A stretch of DNA of 63,994 nucleotides from Paraspadella gotoi. Taxonomy: Eukaryota; Animalia; Chaetognatha. Below are positions 36,301 to 47,553 of the stretch, piece after piece. The position numbers and the translations under genes are program-made. Position 1 is the stretch's first letter. The number at the start of each line of letters is the position of its first letter. The notes below the pieces were generated by a model that was not told the origin of the DNA, searched no databases, and saw only the letters and a program-made list of their open reading frames with translations. The DNA lies in assembly GCA_051294375.1 (NCBI GenBank), contig CM119265.1, forward strand, positions 6,519,495 to 6,583,488, written 5' to 3'.

Positions 36301-37344
36301 GGAAAACCCGAGTCTGTTGAGAGGTAAGTAAAAAGTAGGAATTGCATCTGTATGTTTAAATAGCATAATATAACCCGCAATCAACAGATTGATATGATAT
36401 CGGTTGTAAATTATTCGTTTAGAAACGAAATTATCTCGTATTAGTTAATTTAAATTACAAATTCTTTAGAGATATATAGATAAATATTTACATTGTAGTA
36501 CAATGTAGTACAATTTGTACAGTACAAAACATAATAATATATATAATAATAATATGTACATTGTACAGTAGGCCGGAATAATTTTTAAAAAATATCTTAT
36601 TAATAAGCGCACGGAAGCATTTAAAGATTATTTTATTACTATATAAAGTTAAAAAGGTTTTTTGAATTTTTCAATTTTTTTTAATGGATTCTGATAGAGC
36701 TTTAAAAGTTAGATAAAGGTTATCAAAACAAATTTTTAAATTTTTTTTGTTTTATTGATAAAAATTTTACAAAACCATAAAATTCAGCCAATGATGATGA
36801 TTTTTCAACATTTTTTCTGTTTTTAACTAATTTCTTATCAAATTTTTAAAAAAATATAATACTAACTTTCATTTAACTTTTCAGGCTTTATAGGAATCCG
36901 TTCTTAAAAAGTAAATTAAAAAAAAAATTTTGACATTTGTTATATATTAATAAATATTTAAAAGCTTCAGTGCAATGAACTAATTCAAAAAGTTGCATTT
37001 AAAATCGATTTAGTAATAAAAGGAAAAAAGAAATTTTTTTGAAAGAATTAGAAGTTATAAAAAGTGTTCAATTTTGGCCCGCCTTATTGTACAGTGATAA
37101 ATTATATATTTTTTAAATTATAAGACAAAGGGGTCAATTCTTCTCATGCCACAAATTTAGTCTTAACCAATCTCTGGCAATCTGTTCAGTTCGAGCAAAA
37201 AGACTTCGAGACGAAGCTGAAGCCTACCGAATTAGGCTCGGTCTAAAACCTCAGGAGGAGATGCTCAACACGGATGATGAAATCAAAGCCTTACGAGCTA
37301 AGGATTCTAAAGCAAACTATTGCTACAGCACTTGGGGATTATAA
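30301..37344 (+). CDS. Uncharacterised ~1.6-kaa coiled-coil protein with Pro/Gln/Met repeat and C-terminal W-x-x-D-x-x-G repeat domain
   Basis: Phase-compatible exons ~30301-30475, 31241-31601, 31864-32021, 32087-32227, 32517-32690, 32756-36322 and ~37190-37344; the 1186-aa ORF forms the core. Confidence 0.8.
30597..30905. repeat. Degenerate minisatellite of GTCAAAATGTYATTT-like units in an intron
   Basis: Repeated AAAAT(G/A)T(C/T)ATTT motifs roughly every 20-30 bp. Confidence 0.6.
31010..31232 (-). mobile_element. R-family copy lacking the structured insert (empty site)
   Basis: TATGAAATTGGTACAACAAATATAAAAATTATT...ATTTAATAAATAAGCTATCTTGCCCCTGAC is contiguous here but interrupted by A1 at 9543-9797. 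Confidence 0.75.
36566..37089. mobile_element. Possible Tc1/mariner-type MITE
   Basis: TA-CAGTAGGCCGG ... GGCCCGCCTTATTG-TA imperfect TIRs around AT-rich, partly self-complementary DNA. Confidence 0.4.
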
Positions 37345-38101
37345 TTTGAGATAATTGATTGATCTAATTTCTTTAAATTCCTTTACATTTAATAAAAATA
37401 GGTTTAAATTTATTTGTATGGCTTCAGTACTTCTATTAATAATTGTATGTGTCCTAGCTGCACTACTTGGGCAAATCAAATTTTCTAGGACCGATCGTTC
37501 TTTCTTATTCGTGATTGCTTAACGTTAACATTCAAAACAATTTTTTTTAATTGTCAAAGCAATTCATGAAATTGTCATTGAGAGATCTGCAAAGTTAAAA
37601 TTTGCTGCTCCATATCCTAATCTACAAAGGCTTGAATTCCTATTTAATAAAATTCCATTTTAATGTTTTGGAGAATAATATATTATCATATATTCATAAT
37701 TCATAATAGAAATTTAAAACATTTCTTAACGAATACAAGTTTAAGTTCATCTTTGCTGATTTTTCAGTTTCCGCATTTGATTTTTGTAAACAAATATAAA
37801 GCAATGAGTGTGAATAGTTGACACGAGACTAGACGAAAAAAAAATAAAAGGTTTCGTATACACAGTACTTATAACTCGATGGGATAATTGGATTGCATGT
37901 ATCAGTTTGCGTTAATTATTAATAATACTAATTAATTATTAATAATATTAATATCATTAATATCACCGTACAAAAAGGATGGTTCCGCCATTCATGCTGA
38001 CAAGAAAGAATATGATATTTTGGTAAGTCCAAACGAAACCTAAAAGATATGGTACAAGCTGGAAAAAATGAGACATTAATTTCTCTTTACTACGACAATA
38101 A

Positions 38102-41100
38102 CTATGTAGCCTCGGATACAGCTTGTTCGACGTCCTGGTCTGCCGTATTCTCCGATTCCGTAGCCGCGGCACATTCCGAGTTCATCTCGATATCTTCGGC
38201 GTTCGCCTCCGGAGCCTCTACCTTTTCGCCTACATCTCCATCCCTTTTGTCGTCTTCCTCTAATTTTTCGTCTGCGTCTTTGTTTTCTCCGTCCTCATCC
38301 CCACCTCCGCCGTTCTCGCTCTTTCCCTCCTCCCTCGCCTCGTCTTCTTCTACCCTCGCCTTCTTCCGCTTTTTTATTTCTCCCTCTTCGTCCGAGTCGT
38401 CGTCGTCGTCGTCGTCATCAGAGTCGGAATCGATTTTGCGCTGAACCCTCTTCTTCATCCTTCTCTTCCCTCCGGTTCTTAGACCCTTTTCTTCTTTTTC
38501 CTCATCGTCCAAACCTTCTTCTTCGTCGGCTTCATCGGGGTCAGCGTCCATTTGGTCGTCGTCGTCGTCCTTTGTCCGTTTCGTTTCATCTGTTCCTTCA
38601 AACTCATTGAGGTTGGCCACGTCTACTTCTTTATCCTCTTCGTCGTCCGCCCAAGAACTGCAATTTAATTAATTAATTATTTAGAGCTTAACAATAAAAA
38701 CCCTCAAAAGATAAACCTTGATTTATCCGATTCGTTGTCGCTCTGATCGTCCTGATTCTTGAGTGCACGAAGAACTGCATCCATTTCGACCGCAAGCTCT
38801 TCCTCTTCGTCGTCATCGCCATCGCTTTCCTGCTCCAGAGGTTCTTCTAATTTGTCTGCGTAAATAACGATTAAGATTAACTAACAGTGTTTGTAATTGG
38901 ACATAGTTTTTTTAAAAACTAAACCTGATTTGGTAAAGTCAATGGGTTTCCGTAGTATTGTGGCAATATCCTCTTCTTCCTCGACAGATTTCCGACCACA
39001 AACTTTATCCAGAACTTTATTCAACGCGCGTTGGGCTTCGAGTTGGTGCTTCTCGAGGTCACCTTGTTCGTAATGGTCGTTGTCACTATCATCCTGAGCC
39101 AAATTTTAAAAAAATTGAATTTACGAAATTATTGAACAAATGTATTCATTCGTTCAACCCACTTCCTCAGTCATCTTTGGTTGTAATCCAAGCGCATCAA
39201 AAATAGTTTTGTTGGATGACGTTTTTTGTTGCCCATTACCTGGAAAATCAAGATAAATTATTAAATTATCATCGCAGGAAACGGACCAGTAGATGGATCA
39301 GTTATTAAATATGATAAATAAATCTTAAATTTAAATCGACTTGGTACACACCATCTTCGTCGTCGTCAGAATCTTCTACGTCGGCGTCAATCTCAACGTA
39401 ACGAGTTTCGGGCTTTTCCGCGTAGGCCGTGCGTCGACTGCATTTAATGAGATGATCACAAAGATCGTTTCCAAACATTGTGGAAAAACCGCAGATACAC
39501 CACCACGGAACAGGTGGAAGCCGCGGTGGTTCCGTTTTGGGTTTTTCCTTCGGAATGCCACCCAGGGCAGTTTCAAAGTCGTCTTCGTCGTCATCGCCGA
39601 AATCAATTACATCCTCAAAATTCGCGATAGGCCGATCTTTTGGAATAACTTTTCCCTTCTTTTCGAAGTCACCTGTTAGAATTTTGATCTTAGTTTATTT
39701 CTTGTTTATATATGTTTATATATAAATTAACTTGCCAGAATGGAATGAGATCATGTGATCTGAATAGGACTGGGAACACGAAGTCGCAAATGGACACAAA
39801 GCGCATTCAACGTGCTTTTTGTAATGGGCGATGTGATTCATAGATGACTTGCATTCAACACAACTCGTATCTGGAACCAAAAAAAAAAGTCAAGTATTTA
39901 AGGAGTTTTTTTCAACCAGAACTGCGAATTACATTGCGGCGCAAAAAAAAGTAGTGGTGTATATCAAGCTAACTAGTGGCTATTTCTTTTTTAATTTAAA
40001 AAAAATATATATAAAAAGTATAGCTCTTTTAAAGAGCAATCGATTGGTGCAGGAAATATTTGAATTGGTTCAGGCAATAGAATATAGAAAGACTAAGTCA
40101 GAGTCTCAAAACGTAATTGGGGAAAAAGATATTTCCCAGAATTAAACTTTATGACACTTCTTTTTCTGACTGATGATTACAATAAAGAATTGACAAAATC
40201 ATAATGGAATTAAAATTTGCTTTACTTTTCTATAAAAATATTTTTTAATTTTTGCCAAATATAGTATTTTAATAAATAATTACTCAAAAAAATATTTTTT
40301 AAAAAATTCTTAAAATCAAAAAATAATTCTATGACAAAAATAAAAAAAATAGTTTTAATATAATTGTGAGTGCTTATATTTGTCTGCTTCAACAAAAATG
40401 CCATAAGGAAAAATATTTAGATATGAAAAAGCTTTGAAAGTAACCATGGGTAAGTTGTTACTCTACTGCTTTTTCCTTACTTTTAAAAGATTGTTTTTCC
40501 ATATAGTTTTCATACTTATTTTAATTAGATTTAGGTTAAAAATGGTTGACACCTATCCCCACAGATATTTGATGCTGAATTTGTTCAGCTAATATCATAT
40601 TATAAATATTTATTATTTAATAATAGGGGAGAGTCATGGATTAAAATTAATTTTTTCTCATCAGATTTTTTGTACCATTCAACTTTGAGGTCCTATAACT
40701 TTTGAGCACTTTGCACGATTTTATTAGGACTTTATGGCAACGGAAGGAATGCCTGTGATACCCGGGGCGAAGGGTATCTCACAAACTGGCGTAGGGGCTG
40801 CGGACCCTCAGTGACCGCCTCCTGTCACTGGCATGTTCAGACAGGCTCCATCACATTTAAGCCAGAACCTGGATACCCACTGGGTATTACCCAGGGATTG
40901 AACCCGGGACGCACGGATGATGATTTAGCCTGCTCGGCCATTGACACGAGGCTGAGGACGGACAGCAGTGAGTCTTGCTGCCACAACATGGATCAATCCC
41001 TTCAGCTTTCAATACGCTTTGTTTTATAATTCTATATTTTTATGAAATTCATCGATCCAATATAGTTTTTCTAGGTGTGAAACAAGTGGCTACTTTTTGT

Positions 41101-44100
41101 TTGCGCCGCAGTGTACTGCAAACTAAGTATAAATATAATGTCAATCATTAAATTATTAAAATATGTTTAATGTGCTGAATAAAAATTAATAATTTGCAAG
41201 GACCTTGTCTGAGACGAAGAGTCATTCCTGCATAGTCTTTGTCAGTATCTTCCTTCGATTCATCAGTGTCGACGTTGGTTTCGTTAAAAGGATAACGAGA
41301 GACTTTTTCCTTTACAAACACTAATGTTTTGTCTCCTTTTCCAAAGGTCGAGATTTTAGCGGCGACTTTATTTGGTTGATGAGCATATTGTCGATGGGAT
41401 TTAAGATCCTATAAAAGTTATAAGAGATTGATTTTGCTGAAAAGAACACAATCTAACGTACAACTAACTTTTTTACCTGTGCGGTCAAAAAGGTCAATAA
41501 ACAGGTGTTGCATCTTTTTTGCATTGACTGGACTTGATGCTTTTGCAGATGAATGTAATAGTTCTGCGTACGACAATAAGCCGAATCTTCATTAGTTCCC
41601 ACTTTTTGGAGCCTATGTCAAAACCAATTTTAAATTTAAATAGTGAATATTACAGGAATCACTGGAACCAAATCTGTTGAATTACTTAATTCACAGAAAC
41701 TGACTGCATGATTAAACTTCAATTCTTTCTCAGTCTACTTACGTAAATATTCTTGTACAATAAAGACAAATAACATTACTGGACCCAGAATGCCTTTTTA
41801 TGAAATGGTCCAGCAAATCAGTGTAGAGCGACGACCTATACTTGCAAAGGGTACATTTATATGGCATGTCACATGCCACATGAACGGTAGTCATGTGGAC
41901 TTTCAAAGCGTCTTCGGTTTGTAAGTTCTTGTCGCAAATACGACACATCAGCAATCGCTGAAAAAAGAGAAAAAATTCATTATAAAATTTAATCACAAAA
42001 TCTTAAAGTGAAGAGACAGTATTAATTGTTATGATTTAGTGACAGAACCGTTCAATGTAAGCAGTCCCAGAGCTTCGGACCAGGTTGTAACACCGTGTTA
42101 CAGGCGGGTTAAGCGCCCCGTCCCTCTTAACTGCAAGGCGGCCATTGGGCTAGAACCCCAGACCTTTGGGTTGGGAGGCGAATGACTTGTCTCCGGCACC
42201 AATGGCCGCTGATGAACGGTTGGTGGATTTTAGTCCACCATAAAGGATATAGATAATAAGAAACCATAAATACATTTTCAACTTTATACAATTATAAATA
42301 TTATATTAAAAGGCGCTCTATAATTTAGAACGCCGACAACAATAATGTTTATTGGGACCATCTTAAAATCGTTGCAAGCACAAACGATTACGACAAAATA
42401 AAAATGTTTTTATATTATATGCTAATTTTTATATATTTAATCATTTTGAAATTAAACAAAAAATACTTGTATCAATATGAAAAATATAATTTTAAAAGAT
42501 GAGAAACCATATCTAAATTTTTAGCTTCTTACAAATATACATTTTTATCCATTATCCAATTGTAAAAAAGCGTGACGACAAATACGACGACGTCATTAAG
42601 AAGCCCAAATAACCCTAAATTTCGCCTAAGACGGGCCCGTCTGGAGAGATCAAAAGCGGATAAGCGAAATTTACAAAAAAACAACGAGGGCAACATTATC
42701 AATTCACTGGCATTTTACCGGCAACGAGAAATTCATAATGCCATCAGTGGCACAGAACAAGTAATTTATACAGTAGCATCCGTCTAGAATTTCTGAGACG
42801 GCAAGCTCTATAACTCGAGTACAAATGATAATTTGAAAGAGAGTTTTTGTCTTGTTATCGAGTACTCATATGACTACTCCCCCTTCGGTAAGCCATTGCT
42901 CTACGACCACTTTTGGGAGTGGGATTCCAAGAACCATTTAATATTAAACTCTTACTTGATTACTGAAATGCTGCTTTTCAGCGTGACACTGCATTTCGAA
43001 GGGAGAATCAAAGTGCTCAAAGCATTGTTTACACGACGTTAAATCTCCCAGTTCGACGCTCTTTTGCTTATTTATATCAATGTGGCCAATGACGTGGTTG
43101 ACAGCCTATAATTTGATTTCAAAAAGAGTTTGCTCAGCCAGAGTGACATTTTTCAAAAATCAAATTCATTTAAGTACCTTCAAATTGTTGTAAAGCATTT
43201 TTTCACAGTGCCAACACTTGAATCTAAATCCTCCCTTTTGCTCCGTATAAGACGGTTCGCCTTCCCTCCGTCCATAAAAATACTCATGGATGGGCAACCA
43301 GTTTCCCTTTCCTGCGGGTTTTACGTATTTTGGGACGGCCGTCTTGGCGGCGAGAATGGCTCCTTGATTTGCCGCGGCCCGAATGGCCGCCTGCTTCGTT
43401 TCTTTAGTAGGGACTGATGAAGACTTGGCTTTCTCTTTGGAATCCTTCGCCTCTTTCGCCTTTCGAGCTTCAGAACTTTGTTGCCTCTGCTTGGCAACAT
43501 TCTGGTTTTCGATTTCTATTTATAAAAAAAAATTGCTCGATAATACAATAGTATTAAATAAATTTAATGTCTAAAAATCTTATTAAATAAACTGACCAGA
43601 AATATCGAATGTCTTTGTGGCAACCCTCGTTCTCGACGAAATGCGAACAGGTCCTTCAGAACCCTTTCCAGTTTGCAAGTCTTTGGGTTCATAATCTTCG
43701 TCGATTCCTCGCTTTTGGCCCTGTTTCAAAATAATTACTTGTCGCTAGAGAGAATTCATACTGTAATGTCTGTATTGTCTGTATTGTCTACTATTGAGGT
43801 CAAAATCAACAAATGCAACAATTCACCTTTTTTTCTGGGTGACTTCTTGCTTGTGCCGATGCGGGTTTTCCGGGAGGGCCTTTCGATTTTAATTGGAGCT
43901 GAACCTGCGGCACGGTTTGGCCCTGAACCAAAACCAACTTTCCGTTTTGGACGACGTACTGCAAATTACGCTTAGTCGTTTCTTCCGTTCCTTGCTGGCC
44001 CAATTGTTCCGCCAATTTAGCGGTTCTCGGGCCCGGTCTCATCCCCCGCGGAGGTGCTGGAAGCGCCAGTTGAGACTGCTTTTCAGGAGGTGGTGGTGGC

Positions 44101-45576
44101 GGCGGGGGAGGTTGCTCGTCGTCATCTTCCGGTCCGGCCGTATCATTGGAATAATCCGTCGAATAGGTGCGAGGCCCATTGGCGTTTAAGTACTTTTGAG
44201 CTTTAAGAGTTGCTTTGTAATTCTCTACGTCCCTAAACAAAATATCATCATAATTTAAAATTATTATTATTATAATTATATGAGTGTATGTTGCTGAACT
44301 GTATTTCTATCAGTCCCAATCTTACTTCCTGTACTTTTCCAACTGCGCTGGAGTTAATGGGTCGTCTTCGCAATCAAGCATGAGGGATATTTCTGGCTGT
44401 TTAAAATTTCCCTGTTGAGCGGCAAGACCCAGCGGAGCTCCACCTCCCAACCTTCCAAAGAACGACGGCCCCGAAGTAGGCGGGTTGCGGCTCTGGAGAA
44501 CTCTCAATCCGCGAAGATCCGGAGAACGTTCGTTCGTTGGAGCCGAGGAGGGAGAGGAGGATAAACCCCCCCGACGTTCTGGGCCACCGCGTCTTTCACC
44601 AAAGGCTAAAATTTTATGTCAATGTGTTAATAAAGTAACCAACCAAACAGTTTCTTAAGTCAACTCACAAGAAGGATATCCACGAGTAGATGGTGTCGTC
44701 CCAGACGGCGAAAGGGCTAACCTCCCGGCTCCACCACTAGCCGGATATCCCCTGGATGGACCACCACGTCCACGAGCTCGACCTCGCCCTCTACTGCGCA
44801 TGTTAGTGCCGCTAGTTGCTCTAATCACTTCGTCTACAATAATGTCATCATCTTCAACACCAACCGTTGGTTCGAAAGAGCCTTAGTAAATTAAATTGTT
44901 AACTGTTTAGTAAATGCAATAATTATAATTTAACATGAAAATTATAATGTAATGCTGTTAAAGAACATTTTGCTCTATATTTTTTTCATTCTTAATAGCA
45001 TTTATAAAAACTTCACCTGCGAACTTGTTCCTTCGGACTTCCCTATTTTGAGGAAGAAAGAAATATTTGTTCCTTTTGAACAATTGACGATTGCCAGTCT
45101 CGAGACGATTTTGAAGATTTTGTATATATTCCTCATTTCTTCTGTTTTCCAATCCGGCAAGATAAGTCATCCACAGCATCAATGCTCTCATATGTCCATA
45201 CTAATTTAAAAAAAGACTGCTTGAGTGAACGGCATAGGAAACCTTTATTGTATTTCGAGAGACTTACATTGTAAGAGTGCATTGATCTGGCAACCGCGTG
45301 CATGGCAAAAACTAAATCCGTAGGTAAAAATTTTAGACTTCCATCCGACATACTAACGCTCTGTTCTTTGAAAAATTGCCTCTTCAAATGTTGCATGCTC
45401 GGTGATGGACTATAATCAGTTTTTGTTACAGAAGATAAGTCTCGAATGGACACCCCATATCGTTTGAGAACCGTTTCCGACGTAGCGGTGGCCGTTTTCG
45501 TGGTGCCCATGGTTCCGCTGCTAGATGTGGCTGTGCCTGAACTGCCTTTTCCTGGAGTGTCCGCTGTTTCCGCCAT
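38102..45576 (-). CDS. ZNF280/POGZ-type C2H2 zinc-finger protein with acidic C-terminus
   Basis: Exons give CKQCFEHFDSPFEMQCHAEKQH and CRICDKNLQTEDALKVHMTTVHVACDMPYKCTLCKYRSSLYTDLLDHFIKRH...CLYCTRIF, paralleling the ZNF280/POGZ finger array (PFQLQCH; GEMPYVCQVCNYRSS). Start MAETADTPGKG; D/E-rich last exons. Confidence 0.85.
39932..41113. mobile_element. Tc1/mariner-type MITE with TA target duplication
   Basis: TA-CATTGCGGCGCAAAAAAAAGTAG ... CTACTTTTTGTTTGCGCCGCAGTG-TA. Confidence 0.8.
40733..40985 (-). mobile_element. Divergent type A structured insert (A3), nested in the MITE
   Basis: TATGGCAAC...GCCACA with flanks ACTT/ACAT. Shares GCCTGTGAT, ATCTCAC and GACCCTCAGTGAC..GCCTCC.GTCACTGGC with A1. 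The minus strand has A-box TGGCCGAGCAGG and B-box GGTTCAATCCC. Confidence 0.8.
42009..42242 (-). mobile_element. Type B structured insert (B3)
   Basis: Reverse complement of B2 with high similarity; flanks AAAG/AAGG (3 of 4 match). Confidence 0.85.
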
Positions 45577-45990
45577 AACTAATAGTAGGTACAAGTTAAA
45601 TAGCTAATAAAACATTACATACACGATAAATGTTAATTAAACATTATAAATTGTATTTTTCATAACATGAAAAGTAACTTGATTCGTTGAAATTAAAAAC
45701 TGAGAATTACGATCCGATAAGCGATATAAACGTTAATTTTCACACTTTGACTTTGCTTTTGCGAATAAACCGCCTCTTTAACATAACCGATAACGTATCT
45801 GAATCGCGTTTTTTACTGGTAAATGATATGTCAATTAATTGTTAATATTACTTTTATCATAAATTTTATTATTTTATATATATATATTTTTTAATTTTTT
45901 TTCTTTTGTCAAGAAAAATTTTACTTATAAATGTAAAGAGTAAGGGATTTTTAGTGAGTGAATATTTTGAGTTGTGATGTTCTTCTGTTC
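45577..45990. promoter_or_regulatory. Probable bidirectional promoter
   Basis: The ZNF280-like start (-) and the first apparently non-coding exon of the next gene (+, ~45990-46171) diverge within ~400 bp. Confidence 0.45.
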
Positions 45991-47553
45991 GGTCGTGAGT
46001 CTCCCTTTGTTCTCAAGACGGAACTCGGAAAGAGGAGAAAGAGGAGAAGCGAAGAGGAGGAGGAGCGTGGGCGGAAGAGTCAAAGCGGATCTCGCCATTT
46101 TGGATTCGGGGAGAATTGCTTCGACTCCTCGCATTATTGCTACCACGTTTCTTCACCCTTATATCTTACAGGTATGAATAATTTGCCTTTAAATATGTTT
46201 ATAATATTTTTATTTTTATTCGTTGTTGCAGGACATCGCCTTTTATCAGGTCGGTAAATAAATCATACTGCGCCGGAGGTAGAAGATTCGTTGATTCATT
46301 TTTTATTTCATAAAAAGTCCGTTAAATTTTGTACGTGTGCTCGCGTTGCACGTGGTATCCATCACGTTCTTAGTGTTTTTTCTTATGGTATTGTTTTCAA
46401 TCATTTAATCTAGTCATTATTAAAGCCATCCTTTTCTTTTGTACGGTTTCTTTACAACTTGTTTAATGCACAGTGTTAACTAATTGTTTTTAATTATTCT
46501 TTTTCCTATTTCTAAGTACCATGTGGTTAACCGATTTCAGCTCTTTGAGATATAAATCAGAATAATATATAATTGCATCGCCTCAAAAGGATATTCAGTA
46601 ACGATGGAGCTTAGTTTGTATAAATCAATTGTGCAAATATTAAATGTTAATATTTTTCTCCCTTTTCACGGTGGCCATTGTTTCAGGCCGAAACTTTTTC
46701 ATAAATCAGTTTGGTTCTCTTTTATCTTCATCAAAGATACGGGTTAGTTAATTTTGTTACTTTTATATGATAAGCGAATGTTACATGATTAAGAAATCGC
46801 ATTTAATTTATAAAAAAAAATTTTCGTAAACACGGCTATTTTTTCTAAAGAGAAAGAGAACAATCAAGAAAGAGCTCTCTTATTAAGTAATTGTTAGACC
46901 TGGTTTCAATACAAAGACAAGAGTATTTTTTCTTTTTCTCACTAAAAACCTTAAGCGGTTGTTAGATTTGTTTTTTTTTATCGAAAGTCTGTTTGTAATC
47001 TTAATAAATACAACCAATCGTCCGGAAAAAGCTATGAGCAGCATTTTACGTGAAGATGTTCTGAAGAAGGTATCTGGAGGTCAAAGAACGCCTCAGCATG
47101 AGCTTCATTCTTCAGTCAGCGCAGCACAGGAGGAAGCCTGATTACCTAGCTTCCGAATTAGTCGTCAACCTTCCTTAGCCCTTTTCATCTCCCGGCACCA
47201 TCTCTTTGCTCTTGGTCATACATTGGGGAAGGCTCTTCATCCTCGATATCTTTTACCACGCAGATACATTCATCAAACTTCATAACGCAAACGTATCCCG
47301 TTATCAAACAGGTTCTTTCTTTTATGTAATAAATTCATATTGCTTGAACACATTTTTTAATTTAACTATTTATATTTTTCTAGTGCTTGTGGACTTATAC
47401 TGGAAAGCGTAATCGTGTCAAGGGAATACAAGTGGTAAGTTAAATTTATGCTATGTTGGCCTAGAAAAACTTGTAGCCTAAAATAAGATAACATTTTCAG
47501 TTGCTTCTGATCGTTCGGACGCTACAGCCGTTCTTCACGGTCCTCCAGAAACG

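Noticed and set aside
33064-36384. Antisense ORFs over the coiled-coil gene and other GC-rich exons
   Set aside because: Shadow frames of real coding exons.
42205-42245. Hammerhead in type B (CUGAUGA plus hairpin)
   Set aside because: The hairpin is followed by UAAA rather than GAAA, and no stem III/NUH arrangement was found.
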